Source of the DNA: Longimicrobiales bacterium
GTDB lineage: Bacteria > Gemmatimonadota > Gemmatimonadetes > Longimicrobiales > Gaopeijiaceae
DNA length: 64,000 nt
Assembly (NCBI GenBank): GCA_965248195.1
Contig: CBDFIQ010000002.1
Span: 1,600,001 to 1,664,000 of the forward strand
Direction: 5' to 3'
Part shown: positions 47,453-56,366 of the stretch, piece after piece
How the letters are laid out: every line of letters begins with the position of its first letter
Numbering within the stretch: position 1 is the first letter of the stretch
The notes under the pieces: generated by a model
Told to the model about the DNA's origin: nothing
The model's database searches: none
What the model saw: only the letters and a program-made list of their open reading frames with translations
Translations under genes and position numbers: made by a program

Positions 47453-49756
47453 TCAAAACTCGAACTCCACGCCGAAGCTCGGGAGGAACGGCAACTGTGG
47501 CACGGTCTCCCGCACGCCCGGTGTTTTCGTGAAATCGAAGTTGTACAAGAAGACGTTGGCGCGATTGTAGAGATTGACGAACTGCAGGAACGGATGGGCC
47601 ACGCCACCCCACGGCCCCTTTTCCCAACGGAAGCTCACGTCGAGTCGCGAGTAATGTGGATAGCGCCTGCCGTTGAGTTGCAGGTCCGCGATCGGCTCCC
47701 TCTCGAAGTCACGGAACCCGTTCGCGGCGACCCTGTACGTGCGATGTTCCCACTGGCCGACGATCTGCGAGTAGGGAAGGGGGGAGCCGTATCCCCACCG
47801 CATGCTCATCTCGCTCCCGAAGGGACCGGAACCGTTGACCACCAGGTTCAGGAAATGCCGTCGATCGTGCGCCGGCGCGAACTCCTGGGTCGGGTCCTGC
47901 CGCATGGCTTTCCCTAAGCTGTAGGAGATCCATCCGTTCCAATCACCCGAGTATTTCCTGAGGAGGACGTCGAGTCCGTAGGCATTGCCGGTCATCGTCA
48001 CGAACTCATCGCCGCGGACGGACAGGTCGTCCGCGACGTTGGTGTTCTGAATGTCGTCGAACGTCTTTCGATACCCCTCGACGGTGAGAGAGAGGTCCGG
48101 AGCGAACCACCGTTCGAACCCGAGCACCAGATGATCGGAACGACCTACGGGCGTCAACGAATCGGCCCCGATCCAGAAATCGACGAAGGACCAGGGGCTG
48201 TTGTGATCGCGCAGGGAGTGGATCGACTGGTAGTAGCGCCCCGCGGATCCCGTGAGCGCGAAGTCTTCCGTGACGAACCCCTTGATGGCGACCCGCGGCG
48301 AGTAAGTCACGACGTCGGCGCCACCCCGGACGGCCTCCACGCGCACCCCGGGGCGGAGCATCAGCCAATCGGTGGGACGCCATTGGTCGTCGATGAACGC
48401 CGACCAGACCCGCGGTCGATAGCGCAGGTCCAGGAACGAGGCACTCAAAGCCGCGCTGCCGGCGTCGTACTGCATGTGGTAGTCCTCGACGCCGCCACCC
48501 ACCCGCACGTCGTGCGATCGCCCCGGTGACAACGACAAGGCGGTTTGGGCGGTGAGCAATCGGGCGTCGTTGTCGATCCGAGCGAAATCGGGAAACAGAC
48601 CGACGGTCGTCGAGAACTCCGTGATACTCACGCCCAGTTCGAGCGGCTTTCCGAAGAGCCAGTCGTCGTAGTCGAGGCCCAGTAGTCGGTTGCCCCAATC
48701 GACTCTGAGCGTGACCCCTTCGACGTCCGGGTCCGAATTCCCGAATTCCCAGTCGAGGACGTCGCGACCGATATACCCGGTCGCCGTCAGCGCCCCACCC
48801 GTAGGCAGCTGAAAAGCGAGTTTCGCCCCCCCGTCGCCGAAGTAATACGGCAGCTCGCTGCTCGTGAACAACTTGATGACCTGGTCCGCATAGGTGCGGC
48901 GCCCCGCCACGAGAAATGTCGAGTTTCCGAATGGAAGCGACCCTTCGACCAACACCTTCGACGACAAGAGGGAGATCTGTCCCATCACGCCGAACTCCGG
49001 GTTCCCCGGTCGCGTGCGCACGTCCAGGACGGAGCTGAGACGTCCGCTGTAGTGGGAGGGGAAGCCCCCGGTCAGATATTCGATGTCGCCCACGGCCTGG
49101 GCGTCGAACGTCGAGAACAAACCCCCGAGGTGGGAGGGGTTGAATATCGTCACGCCGTCGAGCTGGATCAGATTCTGATCCACCTCGCCCCCGCGCGCGT
49201 TGTAGCCGACGGTGTAGTCATTGATCGCGCCGGTGCCGGGAAGCAGCTGGATCATGCGGATGACGTCCGCCTCCAAGAACGTAGGTGTCCTCAGAATGTC
49301 CCTGGCGTCGACGGTCACGGCGCTGGCTTGCGCCGACTGCTCAAAGCGCGCGCGTGCCCTGGCGGCGGCCGATGTTTCCACCAGGATCCCGGCCAATTCC
49401 ACGGCGCTCGTCTCCAGGAACACTTCGACGGAGTCGGTGCCGACCGGGACGAGGAGCGTGTCGGTCGCAATCCCGAGCCGAGAGAACACCAGGCTGAATT
49501 CACCTCCGGGCAATCCACCCAACGCGAAGAACCCGTCAGGGTCCGTGACCGCCGTGCCGGAAAACCCGGAAACTTCCACCGAAACACCCTCGAGCGCCGA
49601 GTCGTCCTCAACGGCGCGAACGGTCCCAACGAGGTCACGAGTCTGGCCTGCCAAAGGCTGGGGAACCACGGCGGCGGCGACGACGAGACCGGCCACCGCC
49701 ACAACGAAACCGGCCGCCGCCACAAAACCGGCCACGGTCGTGAGGTGTTTCAGCAT
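47453..49756 (-). CDS. TonB-dependent receptor
   Basis: Carboxypeptidase-regulatory-like N-domain, plug (RGGEVDQNLIQLDG..NPSHLGGLFSTF, YSGRLSSVLD), C-terminal Phe (VEFEF). Confidence 0.9.
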   Translation of the reverse strand: MLKHLTTVAGFVAAAGFVVAVAGLVVAAAVVPQPLAGQTRDLVGTVRAVEDDSALEGVSVEVSGFSGTAVTDPDGFFALGGLPGGEFSLVFSRLGIATDTLLVPVGTDSVEVFLETSAVELAGILVETSAAARARARFEQSAQASAVTVDARDILRTPTFLEADVIRMIQLLPGTGAINDYTVGYNARGGEVDQNLIQLDGVTIFNPSHLGGLFSTFDAQAVGDIEYLTGGFPSHYSGRLSSVLDVRTRPGNPEFGVMGQISLLSSKVLVEGSLPFGNSTFLVAGRRTYADQVIKLFTSSELPYYFGDGGAKLAFQLPTGGALTATGYIGRDVLDWEFGNSDPDVEGVTLRVDWGNRLLGLDYDDWLFGKPLELGVSITEFSTTVGLFPDFARIDNDARLLTAQTALSLSPGRSHDVRVGGGVEDYHMQYDAGSAALSASFLDLRYRPRVWSAFIDDQWRPTDWLMLRPGVRVEAVRGGADVVTYSPRVAIKGFVTEDFALTGSAGRYYQSIHSLRDHNSPWSFVDFWIGADSLTPVGRSDHLVLGFERWFAPDLSLTVEGYRKTFDDIQNTNVADDLSVRGDEFVTMTGNAYGLDVLLRKYSGDWNGWISYSLGKAMRQDPTQEFAPAHDRRHFLNLVVNGSGPFGSEMSMRWGYGSPLPYSQIVGQWEHRTYRVAANGFRDFEREPIADLQLNGRRYPHYSRLDVSFRWEKGPWGGVAHPFLQFVNLYNRANVFLYNFDFTKTPGVRETVPQLPFLPSFGVEFEF

Positions 49757-49904
49757 TTCAGTTCCACGTCGGTGCATTCCGTTTCGATCCCAAATGTCCG
49801 AAAGGCGGATCATCCTACTCGTCATGGCCCGACTTGCGCGATACGCCGACCCCGGAGAAGGTTGTGCCGTCGACCTTCAATCCGTTCCCATTCTGGATCC
49901 GAGC

Positions 49905-51071
49905 ATGAAAAACCGAACCGACGTCTTCGCCAATCGTGTATTCCGTGTCTGTCTCACATCTTGCGCCGTCTTCGCGCTCGGGGCGGTGCCGGCGGTGCCC
50001 GCCGAAGCCCAACAGCGGGTCGGCTCACCGGAGGATGGTAGGGCGAGCGATCCTCCGACGCTTCGAAGGAACGTCCGCAACATCCTGGGCGGTGTTCCCA
50101 TGACGGCGGCGGACAGCATGCACCAGAGGGTCGTGCGCCTCCTCGACTTCGACAGTTATAAGGAGCTCGTTCGTGGGCTGACGCAGTTCGGCGACCGCGA
50201 GCAGGGCACCCCACGCAACGCGGCAGCGGTCGACTGGATCGAGCAGCAGCTGCGGGGCTGGGGTTACGAGACCGCCCGCCTCCACTACATGTACACGCCA
50301 CGGGCAGATGAGGATGCCGAGCCGCCTGCGCCCGAGCCCCGAGAGGAGGTGTACGCGACCAAGATCGGGAGCTCGAACCCGAGCGCGATGTACATCGTCA
50401 GCGCGCACATGGACGGGCGGGGCGGGGGGGAGGCCGCCAACGACGATGGTTCGGGCACAGCGCTCGTGATGGAGATCGCACGTGCTTTGGCTTCCTCGGA
50501 TGTCGCCTCCGATGTATCCATCCGCTTCGCGCTCTGGAACAACGAAGAGACGGGGCTGAACGGGGCCGGAGCGTACGTCGAGCAGCGTGCGGAGCTTCAG
50601 GGCATCGAGACCCCGGCCGGGTCGGGGCAGTATCCGGAGCCGCGGTGGCTCGGCATGATCCAGCACGACATGATGATGTGGGACCACGGCAACCCCGTGA
50701 CCTTCAATCAGTCCTTGGACGCCGACGTCGACGTCGAGTTCCAGCTCAACTCCACTTACGCCGGCCGGTCGGCCGAGCTGGGGCTCGTGCTCATCAACGC
50801 CAACCGCTTGCACGCGACGGACTATCCGGCCGTGCTCAGCAACGCGATGAGCAATACCGACTCGACGCCCTTCATGAACTTGGTCCCTGCAGTGAGCCTG
50901 CGTGAGAACCGGCGCCTCTACGAGACCGGCAACGGGGCGAACCCGCACTGGCACCAGACCACGGATTTGTTCGAGACGTTCTCGGACGCGGACTTCACAC
51001 TCGGGTTGAACGCGGCGCAAACGACGCTCGGGGCGCTTGCCAAGCTGGCGGGGATTCGCATCAAGAACTGA
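49905..51071 (+). CDS. Secreted M28-family peptidase
   Basis: SAHMD, ANDDGSG, NNEETGLNG, QHDMM, NTD, PHWH. Confidence 0.85.
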   Translation: MKNRTDVFANRVFRVCLTSCAVFALGAVPAVPAEAQQRVGSPEDGRASDPPTLRRNVRNILGGVPMTAADSMHQRVVRLLDFDSYKELVRGLTQFGDREQGTPRNAAAVDWIEQQLRGWGYETARLHYMYTPRADEDAEPPAPEPREEVYATKIGSSNPSAMYIVSAHMDGRGGGEAANDDGSGTALVMEIARALASSDVASDVSIRFALWNNEETGLNGAGAYVEQRAELQGIETPAGSGQYPEPRWLGMIQHDMMMWDHGNPVTFNQSLDADVDVEFQLNSTYAGRSAELGLVLINANRLHATDYPAVLSNAMSNTDSTPFMNLVPAVSLRENRRLYETGNGANPHWHQTTDLFETFSDADFTLGLNAAQTTLGALAKLAGIRIKN

Positions 51072-51192
51072 CGGGTTCCTACTGCCGTCGGTTCGCCGAC
51101 TCCGGCGCATGGACTCCGGCGGCTGGCTGCCAGCGACGCTGGTACGGTCAATTCGGTGGTGTTAGTCGAGGGCCGAGAAGCTCACGCCGCGG

Positions 51193-51948
51193 TCACCAAA
51201 GGTCGGGGAGGAGGCGTTCGCGTCCCGGCGCCAACTGCACGTCGAACGTCTTGAGCGTGATGTTGATGAATCCGTAATAGCCGACCAGACCCGCAAGGTC
51301 CATCACGCCCCGTTCACCGAATAGCTCAAGTGCGTGATCGAACGTCGCCGAAGTCACTTTCTCCTCGCTGACCACCTCGCGCACGAAGTTAATGATCGCC
51401 CGCTCCTGTTCGCCAAGACCCGGGATCTCACCCGCCATGTCCAGGTCAGCACGGCGTCGGACGAGGTCGATGAGCTCCGTCTCCAGGCCGGCACGTTTCC
51501 CGGCCGGTTCGTGCGCTGACCACTCGTACTGGCTCCGGACCTCCCGCGCCGTGGCGAGAATGACCAGCTCGGTGAGACGCTGGTCCTTCTCGGTCCCGTA
51601 GCGTAGGTAGGTGCTGGCAGGGAAGACGTGCTCGGCCATTAGCGGACTGTAAGCCCACATTCCGATCGGCCCGCGAAGACCGGAGGAGTACCGGCTGTCG
51701 GGGTTTACGATGAGGTCGAAGGCGCGCTGCCCGTCGGCATCGAGGGTCTCTCGCCGAAGCAGGGGAAGTCGTGCCCATGAGTCCTCGAAGATATCGTCGG
51801 GGATGTCATCGGCCGCCACGACCGATGAAGATGGCGTCCGCATGGTCCCCGTCGCCTGGGTCGACTCGCCCGCGTCACTGAATGAACAGGCCGACAACGC
51901 GACCACCGATACGCCGCCAACGATCCACACTAGACCGCGCCACGGCAT
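51193..51948 (-). CDS. Carboxymuconolactone decarboxylase-like (CMD/AhpD-fold) lipoprotein
   Basis: LSAC lipobox, LRGP, ELVILATARE..SQYEWSAH, DLAGLVGYY; RBS AGGAGG. Confidence 0.75.
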   Translation of the reverse strand: MPWRGLVWIVGGVSVVALSACSFSDAGESTQATGTMRTPSSSVVAADDIPDDIFEDSWARLPLLRRETLDADGQRAFDLIVNPDSRYSSGLRGPIGMWAYSPLMAEHVFPASTYLRYGTEKDQRLTELVILATAREVRSQYEWSAHEPAGKRAGLETELIDLVRRRADLDMAGEIPGLGEQERAIINFVREVVSEEKVTSATFDHALELFGERGVMDLAGLVGYYGFINITLKTFDVQLAPGRERLLPDLW

Positions 51949-51975
51949 ATTGAGCCTCCTTTTCGGTTCAGATGG

Positions 51976-52073
51976 TCTCCACATGCTCCTAGTCTCCAGA
52001 TGCTCATCATCTCCAGATGCTCTTAGTTCCACACGCTCATAGTCTCGACACGCTCATAGTCTCCACACGCTCA
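51976..52073. repeat. Degenerate 17-bp tandem repeat, 6 units (consensus TCTCCACAYGCTCATAG)
   Basis: Units start at 51976, 51993, 52010, 52027 (16 nt), 52043 and 52060; the last unit contains the stop codon of the MBL gene. Confidence 0.85.
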
Positions 52074-53717
52074 GCGCCCCGCCCCGACCATCCTCGCGAA
52101 CTCGGACCACGCAACCGGCGGCCCGTGGATCGGAACGATCGTCTCGACGTCGAGCCCGAGGCGCTGGACGTGGCCCAACAGCGTTTGATTGGCCGGCGTA
52201 GCCTCAGTCGGAGGTGGATCGCTGGGGCCCGGTGAGTCGAAGAGATCGGCCTCGATCAGGATTCGCTCGCTCGGGAGATAGGCGATCAGCATACCCTCGC
52301 CGTGCGCGAGCGGGTGCACGTAGGAGATGTGCATCGAGCGCTCCCCGTCGTTGAGCCAGTAGTTCTCCCGCACGGTCTCGTACTGATAGCCCTCGGCGAG
52401 CTCCGTGGGTGGCCAAAGTGAGACCATGTCGGGGGCGAGCGTCCGCGGCGCGTAGTTGAGCACGTCGCGCGTGTAGAAGTCGTAATTCTTCCATTGTGTG
52501 ATGATCGTGGCGCCGATGTGCATGTACGTCCGGAGCCCACCGATGTGGTCGTGATGCTGGTGCGTGTTCACGAGGAACCGGATCGGCTTGTCCGGTGCGA
52601 GGCGTGCGACCTCGTCGATGACGGCGAGGCTACGCCGCTCGTCCAGGGGAGCTTCCACGACCGCCAGGTAGTCTTCGAACTCGATGGCCACGCTGTTGTG
52701 TGACGACCCCCCGAGGAGCCACACGCCGTTGGCCAGCTCCCGGGTGGTGACCACGGTCGGAAACTCGGCCTGTCGCACCACGTCCGGGACCCTGACAGGG
52801 TCGCCGCAGTCGTTCGCCCGGATGTCGGCCTGCGTTCCGCCGAACGCGTTGTGGCCGGCGTTGACGCTCTGGGCCTGGTAGTTGTCGTCCCATCCCTCGT
52901 GCTGGTGCCAACCCGTGGGAAAGCGCACACCGTCACCGATATCGATGTAGCTCGCGTTGGTGAACTCGTGCTCGTAGTTCATGTCGCCCAGCACGGGATC
53001 GGGCACCCAGGTGTGGATGCGCTGGAGCATATTCTCGCTGTTGATCGTAGCGTCCACCCTGTATCTCCCAAGGACGGTGATCGAGACGATGGTGACTTTT
53101 TCCGGCACCGTAGTCGCGCCGTCCCGACCCATCTCCCCCAGCTCCCACCGCCAAGTCGCACTCGGATTGGCGCCGGGCATCATCGCCGCTTTGAGGAAGC
53201 CGTGGGGGTTGAGCCACATGTCGAGCTGCCACCGTTCCGCGTCCTCGGGCGGTGCGGCAACGGGATCGCTTCCCGGCCCATCGATGTGCCACCCATACTC
53301 TCCGTTGACTACAAAACGTTGGCGCGTATTTCGTTGGATGGGTGTCCCGCCACGCCACCCGAGTCCGTGCTTCCACGACGCGGGGTTGTTGCCCGGCTCA
53401 CGGTCGAATTCCTCGATCATGGTGCCGGCGTCCCAGTTCATGGTCCGCGTGTAGTTGGTCAGCGGCCCGCCCCGCGGCCAATCCACTTCGTAACCGTTCA
53501 GCCGCTGCTGGCCCACCATGCCGGCATAGGCGGATCCCGAGATCGCCACGCAGCGCAGGTTGGTGACGCCGATCGCTTCGGCTGCGGCACGCAGGATGGG
53601 GCCCGGATCCAGATAACCCGGCGGTAGATCTTGGGCGGTGGCCGGTGCACAGACGGAGAGGGCTAGCGAGAGGCTGGCGACTCGGATGGAGTTGGATGCG
53701 AGGAGGCTCATAGACAT
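52071..53717 (-). CDS. Secreted MBL-fold metallo-hydrolase
   Basis: Signal peptide, VVEAP, NTHQHHDHIGG, HGEGML, EADLF, PIHG. Confidence 0.85.
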   Translation of the reverse strand: MSMSLLASNSIRVASLSLALSVCAPATAQDLPPGYLDPGPILRAAAEAIGVTNLRCVAISGSAYAGMVGQQRLNGYEVDWPRGGPLTNYTRTMNWDAGTMIEEFDREPGNNPASWKHGLGWRGGTPIQRNTRQRFVVNGEYGWHIDGPGSDPVAAPPEDAERWQLDMWLNPHGFLKAAMMPGANPSATWRWELGEMGRDGATTVPEKVTIVSITVLGRYRVDATINSENMLQRIHTWVPDPVLGDMNYEHEFTNASYIDIGDGVRFPTGWHQHEGWDDNYQAQSVNAGHNAFGGTQADIRANDCGDPVRVPDVVRQAEFPTVVTTRELANGVWLLGGSSHNSVAIEFEDYLAVVEAPLDERRSLAVIDEVARLAPDKPIRFLVNTHQHHDHIGGLRTYMHIGATIITQWKNYDFYTRDVLNYAPRTLAPDMVSLWPPTELAEGYQYETVRENYWLNDGERSMHISYVHPLAHGEGMLIAYLPSERILIEADLFDSPGPSDPPPTEATPANQTLLGHVQRLGLDVETIVPIHGPPVAWSEFARMVGAGR

Positions 53718-53965
53718 GGTCCTTGGCGAGGGTCCAGTGGGCAGGGTTCGACCGATTGAGAATGGCACACGGAGGTCGCCGGCGCTACGCGTGGCTCCGG
53801 GGAGGAGTCGCCACCTGAGATCCTTGCAGCTCCCGCGCCTTAGACACATTTTGTCCGCGAGGTGACTCCCATCGGCTTCGTCGGCGATGGTGGCGAGAGG
53901 TGACCCAGATAATCCTCCGATGGCCTCGCCCAGATTCACCAGCTCATCGAAGGATGGGCGAAGCG

Positions 53966-54751
53966 ATGGGAAGGGAGCGAGCCATAGGAGCTATCGGGCT
54001 GATGGACTGGGTTCAGCTGGGCTTGGTTACCGTGCTCGCAGCGGCGGTGCAGGGCGCCGTCGGATTCGCGTTCACGCTGCTGGCCGTCTCCTTCTTCCTC
54101 CTCATTCTCCAGTCGGCAGAAGCGATACAGGTCATCGTGGTGCTCAACCTGGTGATCTGCGGTTCGCTGGGCCGTCACCTGTGGAAGGACGTACACCTCG
54201 CGCTCTGGCGCCTCCTCTTGGCGGGAGCGGTTGTCGGGGTGCCGGTGGGCGTCGTGGCCTTCGCGTACGGGAGCCTGTCAGCCATTTACGTGGCCGTGGC
54301 GGTGGTGCTCCTGGGTTTCGCGGTGGTTCTCGGTTGGCAGGGAGCCCCGACGGTCGCCACAGGTTCAGCCCCGTATCGACCCCTGTCCGTCCTCGCGATC
54401 GGAATCGTGGCCGGGGCCATGACGGCGGCCCTCGGCATGCCGGGACCGGTCTTGGTCCTTTATCTCACCGCACTCGGTGTGGACAAAGAAACTTTCCGGG
54501 CCGTGTCGCTCACCTTGTCCGCGGCGCTCTACCTAGCGGTGATACTACTCCAGTCGGCCACGGTGGGGATCCCCGGAAGTGTCTGGATCACCGCCGCCGC
54601 CCTCGTGCCTCTCGCGTGGGCCGGCGCTGCGCTCGGTCACGCCGGCGCCCGGCACATCAACGAGATCCTCTTCCGACGCTTCGTGCTCCTTCTTCTGGCG
54701 GCCACAGGCTCATACATGCTGATCACCACACTCACTTCAACAGACCTCTAA
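53966..54751 (+). CDS. Sulfite exporter TauE/SafE family protein
   Basis: VQGAVGFAF, GVPVG, GMPGPVLV, KETFRA; about 8 TM segments. Confidence 0.8.
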   Translation: MGRERAIGAIGLMDWVQLGLVTVLAAAVQGAVGFAFTLLAVSFFLLILQSAEAIQVIVVLNLVICGSLGRHLWKDVHLALWRLLLAGAVVGVPVGVVAFAYGSLSAIYVAVAVVLLGFAVVLGWQGAPTVATGSAPYRPLSVLAIGIVAGAMTAALGMPGPVLVLYLTALGVDKETFRAVSLTLSAALYLAVILLQSATVGIPGSVWITAAALVPLAWAGAALGHAGARHINEILFRRFVLLLLAATGSYMLITTLTSTDL

Positions 54752-54755
54752 GCAT

Positions 54756-55796
54756 ATGCGTTCACTCTCGGACTTCCCCCGGATCGAGCTGGCCCATCGG
54801 CCAACTCCACTGGAGCCCATGCCCAACCTCTCCCGGCTTTTGGGGGGACCAAGCCTGTTCGTGAAGCGGGACGACTGCACGGGTCTCGCAATGGGCGGCA
54901 ACAAGGTCCGTCAGCTCGAGTTCTACTTCGGCGATGCCGTCGAGAAAGGCGCCACCACCGTTCTGATCACCGGAGCTGTTCAGTCCAACTACGTCCGGAC
55001 CGTGGCCGCCGCTGCAGCGAAGCTGGGCCTCGGCTGCCACATCCAGCTCGAAGACCGGGTTTCCGGGATGGGGGAGGTCTACCACGGATCTGGGAACGTC
55101 CTGCTGGATCGACTTCTGGGCGCGCACCTGCACACCTACCCCGAGGGCGAGGACGAAGCAGGGGCCGACAGGGCCCTCGCCGAGATCGCGGCAAAGCTGA
55201 AGGAGCAGGGCGAGCGTCCGTACCTGATCTACCTGTCCGAAGAGCACCAGCCGCTGGGGGCCCTGGGATACGTGGATGCCGCGGCGGAGATCATGCAACA
55301 AGCCGAGCAGATGCAGGGGTCCCTGACAACCATCGTGCTCGCCAGCGGCAGCGCGGCCACCCACGCCGGTATGCTCGTGGGCCTACGAAATCTCGGTCGT
55401 GATGACGTCGCGGTCCACGGGATCTGTGTCCGCCGTGGACGCCACGAGCAGCGAGCACGCGTCGCCCGAATCGTGCGGAAGACGGAGGAGCTCCTGGACT
55501 GTGTTGGCGCCGTCACGGAAGACGAAGTCCTGGTCAATGACGATTTTCTGGGCACGGGGTACGGGCGCCTGACGGAGTCCGGAACCGAGGCTATGCTCTT
55601 GGCCGGCCGAACTGAAGGGCTGCTTCTCGACCCCGTCTACACGGGCAAGGCCTTCGCCGGATTCCTGGATCTCGTGCGACGAGGCGTGGTGGGCTCGGAG
55701 CCCGTCGTCTTTCTGCACACGGGCGGGACACCCGCGCTGTTTGCCTACGGTCCCGAGCTCCTCGAGGCGACCGGGTTTCGGCAGGGAGCCCGATGA
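54756..55796 (+). CDS. D-cysteine desulfhydrase / cysteate sulfo-lyase-like PLP enzyme
   Basis: PTPLE, KRDDCTGLAMGGNKVR, QSN, ASGSAATHAG, LLDPVYTGKA, FLHTGG. Confidence 0.85.
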   Translation: MRSLSDFPRIELAHRPTPLEPMPNLSRLLGGPSLFVKRDDCTGLAMGGNKVRQLEFYFGDAVEKGATTVLITGAVQSNYVRTVAAAAAKLGLGCHIQLEDRVSGMGEVYHGSGNVLLDRLLGAHLHTYPEGEDEAGADRALAEIAAKLKEQGERPYLIYLSEEHQPLGALGYVDAAAEIMQQAEQMQGSLTTIVLASGSAATHAGMLVGLRNLGRDDVAVHGICVRRGRHEQRARVARIVRKTEELLDCVGAVTEDEVLVNDDFLGTGYGRLTESGTEAMLLAGRTEGLLLDPVYTGKAFAGFLDLVRRGVVGSEPVVFLHTGGTPALFAYGPELLEATGFRQGAR

Positions 55797-55868
55797 TTAC
55801 CTGGTCAGTGGTGGATGATCACTCGCGGTGTGGATGATCACTCGCGTTATGGAGCATTGGTGGGTACG

Positions 55869-56366
55869 CTACCGCCCCGCGTCGGGGTTCGCACTGATCA
55901 GAATGTAGTGGAGATCATCTGGCTCAAGCTCTTGTGCCCCTGGGGGATAACTATTCGCACGTAGAACGAAGGCCAGAATGTCTCGGTAGGTTTGCGCCGA
56001 CAGTGTGCCGGGTCGATCGGGCGGCATCTGTTCTTGGATCCGCTCGAACAAGGCGCCCAAAGTGGACCCGCCCCAGAGAAACGCGAAGCTCTGTCCGACG
56101 AGGCTGGGGGAGGTATTGTCACCTCGGAGGTCTGGCGCGTGACACCCGGAGCACGCCGCCGTGTACTGGATTCGGCCACGCTCGGCCTGGGCCTCGTTAT
56201 AGACTCCGCCCCACACGGTACGTTGAACGTCGGCCGGCGTTTCTTGCATGTACGCGGCACTGGCGCTCGCGGGGTGCACGAACGACATAGAGCTTGCGAC
56301 CCAAAGGCCGAACACGAAGGGGAATGGGCCCGGATGAATCCGGCATGGGTGGAGCGAGGCTGTCAT
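55869..56366 (-). CDS. Mono-heme cytochrome c
   Basis: QAERG...CSGCH...MPPDRPG; coupled to the PQQ dehydrogenase gene. Confidence 0.85.
   Translation of the reverse strand: MTASLHPCRIHPGPFPFVFGLWVASSMSFVHPASASAAYMQETPADVQRTVWGGVYNEAQAERGRIQYTAACSGCHAPDLRGDNTSPSLVGQSFAFLWGGSTLGALFERIQEQMPPDRPGTLSAQTYRDILAFVLRANSYPPGAQELEPDDLHYILISANPDAGR

Noticed and set aside
51976..52073. CRISPR array
   Set aside because: Units are contiguous with no spacers, and there are no cas genes.
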